Below are positions 9,394-19,444 of a stretch of 64,000 nucleotides of DNA, piece after piece. Under the pieces are notes generated by a model. That model saw only the letters and a program-made list of their open reading frames with translations. It was not told where the DNA came from and did no database searches. The position numbers and the translations under genes are program-made. The DNA comes from an uncultured Mycoplasmatota bacterium (GTDB lineage: Bacteria; Bacillota_I; Bacilli_A; RF39; UBA660), in assembly GCA_900548725.1 (NCBI GenBank), contig URLV01000003.1, positions 885 through 64,884 of the forward strand. Direction: 5' to 3'. Within the stretch, counting starts at the first letter, position 1. The number at the start of each line of letters is the position of its first letter.

Positions 9394-9756
9394 ATGGTGA
9401 TTTACGTGAAATTAATAAATACTTGTAATTTAGAGATTAAAAAAAGTAAATTTATATCTTATTTATATGAAATAGATGATGTAAATGAAGTAGATATAAT
9501 AATTGATAATTTAAAAAAAGAACATAAGAAAGCAAAGCATTTTCCATATGCTTATAAACTTAATACTATTGCTAAGAAAACTGATGATAAAGAACCTAGT
9601 GGTACTTGTGGTACTCCAATATTGAATGTTCTTGAAAGAAATAATTTAAATAATCATTTAATAGTTATTGTAAGATATTTTGGTGGAATTAAATTAGGTG
9701 CAGGTCCACTACTTAGAAGTTATAGTAAAGTTGCAAATATGTTAATTAATAAGTAA
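9394..9756 (+). CDS. YigZ/IMPACT-family N-terminal domain protein
   Basis: KKSKFISYLYEI...HFPYAYKL...DDKEPSGTCGTPILNVL...VRYFGGIKLGAGPLLRSY matches the UPF0029/IMPACT fold signature. It is short (120 aa) and lacks the usual C-terminal domain. Confidence 0.7.
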   Translation: MVIYVKLINTCNLEIKKSKFISYLYEIDDVNEVDIIIDNLKKEHKKAKHFPYAYKLNTIAKKTDDKEPSGTCGTPILNVLERNNLNNHLIVIVRYFGGIKLGAGPLLRSYSKVANMLINK

Positions 9757-9788
9757 TAAAATAATAATTAATTCATAACATTTATTAG

Positions 9789-10169
9789 GTGAATGATATG
9801 AATTTTTTTTATAAATATATAAAATCATTAATAGTTTTCTTATCTTCTATAGTAATAATACCAATTTTCTTAACTATATTTAATTTATTTAAATTAGAAA
9901 CTAATAGAATTATTATAATTATCGTTGGAGCAATACTGATGTTTATTATAGGACTTATATTAGGTAAGAAAGCAGAGAAAAACGGTTATTTAAATGGATT
10001 ATTATTGTCAATTATATCTATTCTAATATTATTGATAATAAGTTTAATTTTTAGATATAAATTAAATATAAATACTCTTATATATTATGTTATTCTAGTT
10101 ATTAGTACTGTATTTGGTTCTATGCTAGGAATAAATAAAAAGATTAATAAAAGTACTACAAAATTATAG
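9789..10169 (+). CDS. Small polytopic membrane protein (TIGR04086/YrzE-like)
   Basis: Four predicted TM segments. The central LGKKAEKNGYLNGLLLSI resembles the family motif G..A.k.GwlhGl. Confidence 0.4.
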   Translation: MNDMNFFYKYIKSLIVFLSSIVIIPIFLTIFNLFKLETNRIIIIIVGAILMFIIGLILGKKAEKNGYLNGLLLSIISILILLIISLIFRYKLNINTLIYYVILVISTVFGSMLGINKKINKSTTKL

Positions 10170-10173
10170 TACT

Positions 10174-13119
10174 TTATTTTATATCATCTAACTTTACACT
10201 AACTAATTTAGATATACCACTTTCCTGCATTGTTATACCGTAAAGTGTATTTGCGTACTCCATAGTACGTTTTTTATGTGTAATTATTATAAATTCTGTT
10301 TTATTTTCATATTCTTTTATATAGTTACCAAACATATCAACGTTTGCTTCATCAAGTGCTGCTTCTACTTCATCTAATATACAAAATGGTACGTATCTAA
10401 TATTAAGTATTGCAAATAATAATGCTATTGCAGTCAAAGTTTTTTCTCCACCAGAAAGTAAATTAATACTTTTAAGTGTTTTTCCTGGAGGACATGCAGT
10501 AATATCTACTCCAGTATTTAATATATCATCTGGTTCTGTTAAATGTAATTCACCTAACCCACCTTTAAATAATTTTTTAAATACTTTATTAAATTCTATA
10601 TTAACTTTATTAAACGTTTCAATAAATTTTTCTTTCATAGTCTCATCTAATTCATTAATTACTTCCATTAGATTATTTATTGATTCTACTAAATCTAATT
10701 TTTGATTTGTTAAAAATTCAAATCTTTCATTAATTCTATCAAATTCTTCTATACTTCCTAAATTTATATTAGGTAAAAGAGATAATTCTCTTTTTATAGT
10801 ATTTAATTTACTACTACTAGATTTAATATCTACATTTAAATCATAATTTTGAAGTATATAATCATATGTAATTTTATATTCTTCATTTAACTTAATTAAG
10901 TTATTATCCATTTTTATTTCATATCTGCTTAATTCTATTTCTTTATCTTTTAAATTATTAATTAATTTATTATAATTACTATTTATCTTTTTATTATTTA
11001 TTTCTAATTCAGATATGGTAGCTAGTATATCATTTTTATCTATTTTTAATTTATTAATATCACTTTCTAATATTTCTTTATTACTATTTAGTTTATAATA
11101 TTTATTTAATAATTCATCTAGTGTACTATCTATACTATTATTTAATATATTTTCATTACCACTAATTTCATTATTAATATTAGTTTGTTCTTTTAATAAA
11201 TTATCTTTATCTTTATTTTTGATATCTATCTTATTTATTACATTATTATAATTATCTAAATATATTATTTTATTATTAGATAATTCGTTTATAGATATAT
11301 TTAGTTTATCAAGTTTATCATTTATTTCAATAATATCTCTTTCTAAAACTTTTAATTCATTTTTATTAGTCTCTAATTCATACTTATCTAATAATACATT
11401 ATTAGTTTGTTTAATACTACCACCAGTTAAACTTCCTCCAGTATGTAATATATCTCCTTCTAATGTTACTATTCTATAAGAATAGTTAATTTTTTTACCA
11501 ATTAAATTCATAGTATCAATATTATCTACTACTATAATATTACCTAATAAATTCTTAATTATATTATTATATTTAATATTATATTCTAATAAATTATCTA
11601 ACGTATTAATATAACCTTTTATATCTTTTATTTCATCTAATATATCATTAGCAACAAACTTAGGTTTTATTATATTTAATGGATAAAATGTACATCTACC
11701 TAATTTATTATCTTTTAAGTATTCTATAGCACGTTTTGCACATGTTTCATCATCTACTATAACTACATTAGCATTATAACCTAGTGCTATATTAATAGCA
11801 TCTTTGTATTTTATATCAGATGAAATTATATTACCTACAATGTTATGTATACCTTTTAGACTTCTACTATTTAATATATTTTTTACACTAGATGGTATAG
11901 TTAATGAATTTAATATATTATTTTCTATTATATTTATTTTATTTTTAGTTTTTAATATATTAATATTTTTATTATTTAATTTATTTTGTAATTCATCTTT
12001 TTCTTGTTCTTTTATTTTTAAATTATTTTTAATATCATTTAATTTATTTGATATATTATTTTTATCTATATCAAGTTCACTTAATTCATGTTCTATAACA
12101 TTTATATTTTTTTCTATATCTAGTTTTTTTTCTGTTAATACTAATATATTATCTTGTAAACGAATATCATCTACTTCAAACTTTTTACGTTCTATAGTAA
12201 CTTGTCTATCTCGTTCTACTTCACTTATTTCTTTATTTAATTTTATTAATTCGTCTTGCAATTCATTTATTTTATTATCTATATTTATGTTATCTAATTT
12301 TAATTTTTCTACTTTAGATGAATCGCTTAATGTAGTACTATCTATACTATTTATTTCTTCGTTTAATTTATTTATATCATTTTTTAATGTTTTTATTAAT
12401 TCTTCACTATTTTTTAAATCAATTCCAGTTAATATTATATCTAGTTCATCATGTTCATTTTTTAATCTTTTATATTTTATTGCATTATCTTTTTCTATTT
12501 TTAATGGTTCTAATTGAGTTTCTAATTCTCTTATAACTAGATTAACTTTTTCTATATTTTCATTTGCTTTATCTATTTTTCTTAATGTTTCTTCTTTGTG
12601 TTTTTTATATTTTAATACACCAGCTGCTTCTTCTATAATGGCTCTTCTATCACTTACTTTACCACTTAATATTTCACTTATCTTACCTTGAGATATAATA
12701 CTAAATGAATTAGTACTACTACCACTATCTATAAATAATTCAGTAATGTCTTTTAGTCTTACTTTCGTATTATTTATGAAGTATTCGTTTTCACCAGTGC
12801 TATATACTACTCTTTTTATTTCCAATATATCAAAATCGCTTTTTAAATAGTGGTCTGTGTTATCAAATGTTAAACTTACCCATGCACGAGTCATAGGACG
12901 TCTTGATTTACTACCACTAAATATTACGTCAGTCATGTGTTCTTGACCTCGTAAGTTTTTTATTGATTGTTCACCTAACACCCATTTTACTGCATCTACT
13001 ATATTTGATTTACCACTACCATTTGGTCCAACTATTCCTGTTATTCCTCCCATTAGATTTATTTCTATTTTATCTGCAAACGATTTAAAACCATGTGCTT
13101 TAATACTTAATAACTTCAT
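10174..13119 (-). CDS. smc: Chromosome segregation protein SMC
   Basis: N-terminal Walker A GPNGSGKSNIVDAVKWVLGEQS, long Lys/Glu/Asn-rich coiled coils, a hinge (GYNANVVIVDDETCAKRAIEYLKDNKLGRCTFYPLN), and C-terminal LSGGEKTLTAIALLFA plus ILDEVEAALD. Confidence 0.9.
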   Translation of the reverse strand: MKLLSIKAHGFKSFADKIEINLMGGITGIVGPNGSGKSNIVDAVKWVLGEQSIKNLRGQEHMTDVIFSGSKSRRPMTRAWVSLTFDNTDHYLKSDFDILEIKRVVYSTGENEYFINNTKVRLKDITELFIDSGSSTNSFSIISQGKISEILSGKVSDRRAIIEEAAGVLKYKKHKEETLRKIDKANENIEKVNLVIRELETQLEPLKIEKDNAIKYKRLKNEHDELDIILTGIDLKNSEELIKTLKNDINKLNEEINSIDSTTLSDSSKVEKLKLDNINIDNKINELQDELIKLNKEISEVERDRQVTIERKKFEVDDIRLQDNILVLTEKKLDIEKNINVIEHELSELDIDKNNISNKLNDIKNNLKIKEQEKDELQNKLNNKNINILKTKNKINIIENNILNSLTIPSSVKNILNSRSLKGIHNIVGNIISSDIKYKDAINIALGYNANVVIVDDETCAKRAIEYLKDNKLGRCTFYPLNIIKPKFVANDILDEIKDIKGYINTLDNLLEYNIKYNNIIKNLLGNIIVVDNIDTMNLIGKKINYSYRIVTLEGDILHTGGSLTGGSIKQTNNVLLDKYELETNKNELKVLERDIIEINDKLDKLNISINELSNNKIIYLDNYNNVINKIDIKNKDKDNLLKEQTNINNEISGNENILNNSIDSTLDELLNKYYKLNSNKEILESDINKLKIDKNDILATISELEINNKKINSNYNKLINNLKDKEIELSRYEIKMDNNLIKLNEEYKITYDYILQNYDLNVDIKSSSSKLNTIKRELSLLPNINLGSIEEFDRINERFEFLTNQKLDLVESINNLMEVINELDETMKEKFIETFNKVNIEFNKVFKKLFKGGLGELHLTEPDDILNTGVDITACPPGKTLKSINLLSGGEKTLTAIALLFAILNIRYVPFCILDEVEAALDEANVDMFGNYIKEYENKTEFIIITHKKRTMEYANTLYGITMQESGISKLVSVKLDDIK

Positions 13120-13764
13120 TTATTTTGCCACCTTTTTTATTGCGTCTCTAGCAGCATTTTGTTCTGCTTGTTTTTTATTTTTACCTATTCCAGTTCCAAA
13201 GACAATATTATCTACTAATACATTAACTGTAAATGTTTTATCATGACTAGGTCCTTTTTCACTAACTAAAACATATTCTAAAGATTTTTTTTCTGTTTGT
13301 ACCATTTCTTGTAAGTGAGATTTATAATCACTTAAAAAAACTTTTTCTTCTTCAACGTATGGAATTACAATCTTATATATATAATCTTTTGCTACATCAT
13401 AACCTTTATCTAAATATATAACTGCAAGAACTGCTTCAAATATATCAGCAATGATTGTTTCATTTTCAGTATGTATTCCATGCCCCACTTTAATATATGG
13501 TATTAAATTAATATGTTTTGCATATTCATATAATGCAGATTCACATACGTAACTAGCTCTTATTTTGCTCATATCGCCTTCATTATATTTAGTATTTAAA
13601 TAAAAATATTCACTCATAATTAGTTCTAATACTGCATCACCTAAGTATTCTAATCTTTCATAACTCTCACAATTATTTTCATTTGCATAACTAGTATGAG
13701 TTAAAGCAGTATATAATAATTCTTTATTTTTTATATCTATCCCAAGTTCTCTTAAAAATTTCAT
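13120..13764 (-). CDS. rnc: Ribonuclease III
   Basis: Signature ERLEYLGDAVLEL plus a C-terminal dsRBD (GPSHDKTFTV...GKNKKQAEQNAARDAIKK). Conserved rnc-smc order. Confidence 0.95.
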   Translation of the reverse strand: MKFLRELGIDIKNKELLYTALTHTSYANENNCESYERLEYLGDAVLELIMSEYFYLNTKYNEGDMSKIRASYVCESALYEYAKHINLIPYIKVGHGIHTENETIIADIFEAVLAVIYLDKGYDVAKDYIYKIVIPYVEEEKVFLSDYKSHLQEMVQTEKKSLEYVLVSEKGPSHDKTFTVNVLVDNIVFGTGIGKNKKQAEQNAARDAIKKVAK

Positions 13765-13851
13765 ATTGTCTTCACCATATAAATAGTATCAAATTTATTA
13801 AGAAAAATCTACATTTTTTGCCTATTAATAGTATATAATGTGATAAAAAAC

Positions 13852-13879
13852 AAAAAAAGTACTATTAATTCAGTACTTT
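13852..13879 (-). terminator. Rho-independent terminator downstream of the frameshifted SipW-signal gene
   Basis: Minus strand has AAAGTACT / AGTACTTT as an 8-bp stem followed by T7. Confidence 0.6.
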
Positions 13880-13893
13880 ATCATTTACAAGTT

Positions 13894-14366
13894 TTATTTT
13901 ATTGTGTAAGGATTTGAAATAGTTCTATCTCCATCATTTATTTCTACATTTGATTTTATATTTATTGATGAAAGAACTCCATAATAATTGGAACTACTAG
14001 ATCCATATAAGTAGCCAAGACTATGTGATGCGAATGTATATGCATACCAAAAATCAGTCACAGAGTATATGCTAAAATAAAATGGTGATATTGTCCAATT
14101 ATATTCTTTAAATAATGAATTATCGTTCATTAAATAGTTATCAAAATTTGCAACTCCATATTTTATTCCTGCAAAAGTTATTTTTTATTACCATCATCAT
14201 ATTTTAATGCTAAATATGCAGTAGTAACATTTATTGAACTAGTATTAGTATTACCTGATATTTTAGTTAGAAAGTATGCATATGTTAATCCTATTAGGAT
14301 TAAACTAACTAAAATTATTCCTGTTATACTAACTATTATCTTTTGCTTACGATTCATAGCCCACAC
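13894..14366 (-). pseudogene. SipW-signal (TasA-paralogue N-terminus) secreted protein interrupted by a frameshift at an A6 run
   Basis: ORF 14178-14366 (likely ATG at 14357, SD AAGGAG) ends ...KYDDGNKK* at GGT AAT AAA AAA TAA. The -1 frame is open from 14184 (AAA ATA ACT TTT GCA GGA...) and runs into ORF 13894-14130. One extra A would give a single ~155-aa protein. Confidence 0.6.
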
Positions 14367-14384
14367 TCCTTTTAATACACAAAA

Positions 14385-14461
14385 AAGACTATATATTCTT
14401 ACTTCTTATAACCCCCACCCCGAAAAAAATTTCGAGATCGGGAGAGAAGTTATACAGTCTT
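14385..14461 (-). promoter_or_regulatory. GC-rich structured leader element (long hairpin plus U-run) upstream of the frameshifted gene
   Basis: Minus strand reads AAGACTGTATAACTTCTCTCCCGATCTCGAAATTTTTTTCGGGGTGGGGGTTATAAGAAGTAAGAATATATAGTCTT followed by TTTTG. Nested pairings are AAGACT/AGTCTT, TATA/TATA, ACTTCT/AGAAGT and CCCG.../CGGGG. It lies ~20 nt upstream of the SD. Confidence 0.45.
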
Positions 14462-14561
14462 GTTTTCATCTTTTTTATGAATCGTAAATTAAAATATTTA
14501 AGATATAAAATTTCTTTTCTATCCTAAATATATTTTACATTATTTTTAAATTTTTTTTAAT

Positions 14562-14584
14562 AAAAAAAGATAGAAAAATCTATC
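14562..14584 (-). terminator. Terminator of the arc operon
   Basis: Minus strand has GATAGA tttt TCTATC followed by T7, directly after the arcD-like stop codon. Confidence 0.5.
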
Positions 14585-14591
14585 AATTTTA

Positions 14592-16037
14592 TTAAGACAT
14601 AACAAGTGCAAATAATGACAATATTATTATATTAGCAATTGCTATTGTAAGTACTATTTTAAAAGCAAACTTAACCCAAGTAGAATATTCTACTTTTGCT
14701 AATGCTAGACCACCCATTATTGCTCCACAAGTTGGTGTAATTAAATTTACAAGTCCATTTGCAGAAACCATAGTCATAACTGAAACTTCAGTACTATAAC
14801 CAAGTTGAGCTGCAAGTGGTGCAATAATTGGAGTAGATAGCGTTGCTAATCCACTACTAGATGGAACTAAAATAGATAATACTATATGTAATATATAATT
14901 TAATGGAACAAATGCAAGTTCAGGTAATTTTGATAACATATTTGCAGCATTATAAATTATATAATTATCTAAATAAGTAGTTTGCATTAATACACTTGCT
15001 CCGCGTGCTACAGCTATAATTAGAATAACGCCAATCATATCATCTGCACCATCAACAAATGTATCAACAAATCCTTTTTCACCAAACTTATTAATAATAG
15101 CAATTATAATTGACATAACTAAGAACCATAAAGCAGATTCATAGAACCACCAATTGCCTAGACTAGAACCAGTAAGCCATCCAGTAAACTTATCAAATAT
15201 AGTAATGTTAAATTCACCCCAAGGAATAAATCCAACTATCATTACAACAAATGTTAAAGCAAATAAATATAGTGTTGCTTTTTGTTTACCAGTTAATACT
15301 ACTTTCTCTTGACTTTTAGATTCATATTTACCAAATTTCTTTTCAGCATTTTGTTGTTCTCTTAAACTCATTATTGTTGAACCTTTATCACGTTTTACCT
15401 TAGCAGCATAACGTAATACAAAGAAACAACTTATTGCTAAAGATACTAACCATAATATTACACCTATAAATATTACAATACCATGATTAGCTTTAATACC
15501 ATCAGGTAAAGCACTTATTGCAGCACCAGTTGCAAATGGATTTATAGTTGAACCTAATACACCACTACCAGCACCAAGCAAGATAGTAGCACTTCCTACA
15601 ACTGGATCCATTCCTGCAGCCATCATTGTTGCTGCCAAAAGTACATAAAAACCTACAGTTTCTTCTAGCATTCCATAAGTCGTACCACCTACAGAAAATA
15701 TAAACATCAAGATTGGAATTAATAATAATTCTCTTCCCTTTAATTTTTGAACAAGGGCTTTAATACCAGTTTCAAGTGCACCAGTTTTATTAATAACAGC
15801 TAGGAATCCTCCTAAAATCATTATGAATATTGATACGTCAACTGCATCTTCGAAACCTAATATTGGTGACATCAAAATATCTGATAATTTAGCACCAACA
15901 GTACCACTTCCATTAACTATAGTTTCACCTACAAATTTAGCATTTGGAAGTAAGTGTGATAATATTCCTAAACCAAATATTAGTATAAGAATAATTGAAA
16001 AAGCCGATAACATCGTTTTCTTTTTCTTTTTTGTCAT
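14592..16037 (-). CDS. arcD: YfcC/DcuC-superfamily transporter, probable arginine:ornithine antiporter of the ADI operon
   Basis: 481 aa with ~12 TM segments and YfcC-like regions (GFEDAVDVSIFIMILGGFLAVINKTGALETGI). It is the last gene of arcABC. The ArcD role is inferred from operon context. Confidence 0.65.
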   Translation of the reverse strand: MTKKKKKTMLSAFSIILILIFGLGILSHLLPNAKFVGETIVNGSGTVGAKLSDILMSPILGFEDAVDVSIFIMILGGFLAVINKTGALETGIKALVQKLKGRELLLIPILMFIFSVGGTTYGMLEETVGFYVLLAATMMAAGMDPVVGSATILLGAGSGVLGSTINPFATGAAISALPDGIKANHGIVIFIGVILWLVSLAISCFFVLRYAAKVKRDKGSTIMSLREQQNAEKKFGKYESKSQEKVVLTGKQKATLYLFALTFVVMIVGFIPWGEFNITIFDKFTGWLTGSSLGNWWFYESALWFLVMSIIIAIINKFGEKGFVDTFVDGADDMIGVILIIAVARGASVLMQTTYLDNYIIYNAANMLSKLPELAFVPLNYILHIVLSILVPSSSGLATLSTPIIAPLAAQLGYSTEVSVMTMVSANGLVNLITPTCGAIMGGLALAKVEYSTWVKFAFKIVLTIAIANIIILSLFALVMS

Positions 16038-16039
16038 TT

Positions 16040-16984
16040 TTATTTCCTCCTCTTTATTATTGTACCAGATTTACCAAGTATAGCATCATGAGCATTTTCA
16101 AGCGAACTAATAATTGCAACTTTTTTATCATCATTTTCTACAAATGACATACACGCTTCTATTTTAGGAAGCATACTACCACTTGCAAATTCTTTAGATT
16201 TGATAAAATATTTTAAATCATCTATATCAACTTCATCTAAACCTTTTTGATTTTTAGTATTAAAATTAATATAAACTTTATCAATAGAAGTTAATACCAA
16301 TAACTTATCTGCATCAATAAGTTTTGCAAGTAAACTCGACGTTTTATCTTTATCAATCACAGCGTCCACACCAGTTAAAAGTTCAATTTTATTTGTTTTA
16401 ATAACTGGTATTCCGCCACCACCACACGCTATTACAATATTGTCGTTATCTACCAACTCACGAATAATATTTTTTTCAATGATGTCTATAGGTTCAGGAG
16501 ATGGTACTACTCTCCTATACCCACGCCCAGCATCCTCTTTCATTACATAGCCTTTTTCTTCTTCAATTTTTAAAGCTTCACTTTTATTATAAAAGCTTCC
16601 AATTGGTTTTGTAGGATTTTTAAAGGCTTTATCTTTCTTGTCTACTAGGACTTGTGTTATTAAAGTTGCACAATTTTTAACAATGTGTTGTCTTTCTAAC
16701 TCATCTTGCAAACATTGTTGTAATTGGTAACCAATATAACCTTGACTCATACTACCACATTCACTAAAAGGCATATAAGGTGTTTTAACCTTACCATTTG
16801 AAGCATATTCCATAGCTAGATTTATTGCCCCAACTTGTGGTCCATTTCCATGTGTAAGTACTATTTTATTACCATCTTTTATTAAACTTACAAGAATTTT
16901 ACTTACACTTTCTAATATTTTTAATTGCTCACTAGGAGTACTTCCTAAAGCATTTCCTCCTAGTGCAACTACTATTTTACTCAT
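16040..16984 (-). CDS. arcC: Carbamate kinase
   Basis: [14 protein letters not shown]...THGNGPQVG...ACGGGGIPV motifs of the carbamate kinase family, 314 aa. Confidence 0.9.
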   Translation of the reverse strand: MSKIVVALGGNALGSTPSEQLKILESVSKILVSLIKDGNKIVLTHGNGPQVGAINLAMEYASNGKVKTPYMPFSECGSMSQGYIGYQLQQCLQDELERQHIVKNCATLITQVLVDKKDKAFKNPTKPIGSFYNKSEALKIEEEKGYVMKEDAGRGYRRVVPSPEPIDIIEKNIIRELVDNDNIVIACGGGGIPVIKTNKIELLTGVDAVIDKDKTSSLLAKLIDADKLLVLTSIDKVYINFNTKNQKGLDEVDIDDLKYFIKSKEFASGSMLPKIEACMSFVENDDKKVAIISSLENAHDAILGKSGTIIKRRK

Positions 16985-17969
16985 CTTTCATTGTAGCATA
17001 CATTACAGCTTTTATTGTATGCATCCTATTTTCGGCTTGATCAAATACTTTAGAATTATTTGAATTAAATACTTTATCAGTAACTTCCATTTCTTTAAGA
17101 CCAAATTTTTCATAAACATCTTTACCAATAGTAGTATTTAAATCATGAAAAGATGGTAAACAATGTAAGAATATCACATTATCTTTAGCGTTTTTCATAA
17201 CATTATCATTAACTTGATAAGCACTAAGTAATTTAATTCTTTCATTCCATACTTCATCTGGTTCTCCCATAGAAACCCAAACATCAGTATAAATTACATC
17301 TGCATCTTTTGTACCAACATTAACATCTTCTGTAAAGTTAATTGTAGCTCCAGTAGTACTAGCTATCTCTTTTGCTTTAATAACTAAATCTAAATTTGGC
17401 CATAAACTTTTAGGAGCACAAGCTACAAAATGCATACCCATCTTAGCACAAACTATCATTAATGAATTTGCAACATTATTTCTAGCATCACCCATAAATA
17501 CTAGTTTTATGCCTTTTAAATATCCAAAATTTTCCTCAACAGTTAATACATCTGCCAACATTTGTGTAGGATGAAATTCAGTAGTTAAACCATTCCATAC
17601 AGGAACCCCAGCGTTATTAGCAAGTGTTTCTACAATACTTTGTTCAAATCCACGATATTCAATTCCATCATACATTCTACCAAGCACTTTAGCAGTATCA
17701 CTAATACTTTCTTTTTTACCCATTTGACTGCTACCAGGATCTAAGTATGTAACTCCCATACCTAAATCTCTACCAGCAACTTCAAAAGCACAACGTGTTC
17801 TTGTAGAAGTTTTTTCAAATAAAAGTACTATATTTTTTCCTTTTAAATATTCATGTGGAATATTATTTTTCTTTTTCTCTTTTAAATCTTTAGATAAATC
17901 TAATAAATATCTAATTTCTTCTGGAGTATAATCAATTAATGTTAAAAAATTCCTGCCAGTTAAATTCAT
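16977..17969 (-). CDS. arcB: Ornithine carbamoyltransferase (catabolic)
   Basis: [17 protein letters not shown] and HCLP motifs. The start is placed at ATG 17969 (MNLTGRNFL...) because SD GAAAGGA lies 8 nt upstream. The track ORF begins at 18002. Confidence 0.9.
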   Translation of the reverse strand: MNLTGRNFLTLIDYTPEEIRYLLDLSKDLKEKKKNNIPHEYLKGKNIVLLFEKTSTRTRCAFEVAGRDLGMGVTYLDPGSSQMGKKESISDTAKVLGRMYDGIEYRGFEQSIVETLANNAGVPVWNGLTTEFHPTQMLADVLTVEENFGYLKGIKLVFMGDARNNVANSLMIVCAKMGMHFVACAPKSLWPNLDLVIKAKEIASTTGATINFTEDVNVGTKDADVIYTDVWVSMGEPDEVWNERIKLLSAYQVNDNVMKNAKDNVIFLHCLPSFHDLNTTIGKDVYEKFGLKEMEVTDKVFNSNNSKVFDQAENRMHTIKAVMYATMKDE

Positions 17970-19281
17970 TTTCTTCATCCTTTCCGTAGGTGGGTACATC
18001 AAACGTTTCTATATCTTCTTTTACTTCGTTTTTAATACTCAAATCTTCTCTTACTAAAGGCATACTCATACAACGAGGGCCTCCTCTACCACGAGATAAT
18101 TCAGCACTACTCATTTCAATAACTTTAAGTCCATGTTCTCTTAAAATATTATTTGTTATATTATTTCTATTATATACAACAACTACACCAGGTGCAATTG
18201 CTAATGTATTAGTTCCATCATTCCATTGTTCTCTTTCACTACTTGTTTTTTCTCCACCAGCACATGGAATTAATTCTATTTTTCTTCCTAAATATTTTTC
18301 TAATATTTCTTCTAAACTTCCATTTACTTCAACAACATTTAAGTCTTCATCACTATCTGGTATATCACCTTCAGTTATTTCGAAAACTTGTAATGTATCC
18401 ATTATTCCAGGATGATATGTAAATTTATCATAATCTATTTGAGTAAATACAGTATCCAAATGCATAAATGCACGACTTTCTGGAATATTAAATGCAAGTA
18501 TAGTATCTATCATACAATCAGGATCTCTAAACATATTTTTAGCAAGTTCATCTATTGCAGCAGCTTCAGTTCTTTGACTAATACCAACAGCAAGTACATG
18601 CTCACTTAGATTTAAAACATCTCCACCTTCAATATGATAAGAAAGATATCTATCATAATATTTTTTTACATCTGTTTTATAATCAGGATGATAATTAAAT
18701 ATATATTCAGCATAAATAGTTTCTCTATTTCTAGTAACGGAATACATTTTATTTAAAATAATACCATTACCACTACTAGCAAACGGATCACGAGTAAAGT
18801 ATAAATTTGGCATAGGATCAGCAATAAATTCTGATTCTTCACTAACTAAGTCTACCAAAGATTTTTCTATTTCTCTTTTCTTTCTACTAATATCCCCTAT
18901 TTTAATACCTTCCATAGTTTTTAAAACTAATTCCTTTTTATTTATAAAACTTTTTAAGTATTCATAAACTAAATTTTTATATTTAGGAGTACGTATACCC
19001 GCTTCATAAATAAATTGTCTTATAAATTTATCTTCTATTTCACTACTAAGACTTAATACATCAGCCATCAAGTCTTCCAAGAACACTACTTCGACTCCAT
19101 TACTTCTTAATATAGTAACAAACTCTTCATGTTCTTTTATAGCATCTGGTAAATATGGTATATCATCAAATAATAATCTACTTAATGTATCTGGAGTTAA
19201 ATTTAATAACTCATTACCAGGTCTATGTAATAACACTTTTTTAAGTGGTGCTATTTCACTTCTTACATTTATCACACTCAT
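17932..19281 (-). CDS. arcA: Arginine deiminase
   Basis: [25 protein letters not shown]..., FTRDPF, and the catalytic-Cys region [17 protein letters not shown]. It carries ~35 extra C-terminal residues that overlap the arcB start. Confidence 0.95.
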   Translation of the reverse strand: MSVINVRSEIAPLKKVLLHRPGNELLNLTPDTLSRLLFDDIPYLPDAIKEHEEFVTILRSNGVEVVFLEDLMADVLSLSSEIEDKFIRQFIYEAGIRTPKYKNLVYEYLKSFINKKELVLKTMEGIKIGDISRKKREIEKSLVDLVSEESEFIADPMPNLYFTRDPFASSGNGIILNKMYSVTRNRETIYAEYIFNYHPDYKTDVKKYYDRYLSYHIEGGDVLNLSEHVLAVGISQRTEAAAIDELAKNMFRDPDCMIDTILAFNIPESRAFMHLDTVFTQIDYDKFTYHPGIMDTLQVFEITEGDIPDSDEDLNVVEVNGSLEEILEKYLGRKIELIPCAGGEKTSSEREQWNDGTNTLAIAPGVVVVYNRNNITNNILREHGLKVIEMSSAELSRGRGGPRCMSMPLVREDLSIKNEVKEDIETFDVPTYGKDEENEFNWQEFFNIN

Positions 19282-19444
19282 AATTCTTCTCCTTCTATTC
19301 TATACAACTAGTATAACATATAAAATTTATTTTTTATATTAAAATTTATCATTATTTACAACTTTTTAATAACAAATAAGACATTAATTAAAATTTTTAT
19401 ACTTAAAAAACTACTAACACGTATGTAGTAGTTAATATGTTTCT

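Noticed and set aside
9398-9413. parS-like sequence TGATTTACGTGAAATT at the start of the yigZ-like gene.
   Set aside because: Only about 12 of 16 matches to the Bacillota parS consensus TGTTNCACGTGAAACA, with both outer arms broken. No better parS was found by eye in or near parB.
11804-12517. 237-aa plus-strand ORF inside smc. Similar long antisense ORFs occur at 51038-51979, 23552-24115, 17990-18415, 7377-7766, 35249-35596, 56893-57300 and 59135-59539.
   Set aside because: Each lies entirely antisense to a gene with strong family motifs. Their translations are low-complexity Ser/Phe/Ile/Leu strings, as expected from the mirror frame of AT-rich Lys/Asn/Glu-rich genes, and no RBS is evident.
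14592-19281. Slightly higher G+C of the arc operon as evidence of horizontal acquisition.
   Set aside because: The increase is modest and judged only by eye. It is typical of highly conserved, highly expressed enzymes in AT-rich genomes. No flanking mobility genes or repeats bound the operon; the Rpn gene upstream is separated and monocistronic.
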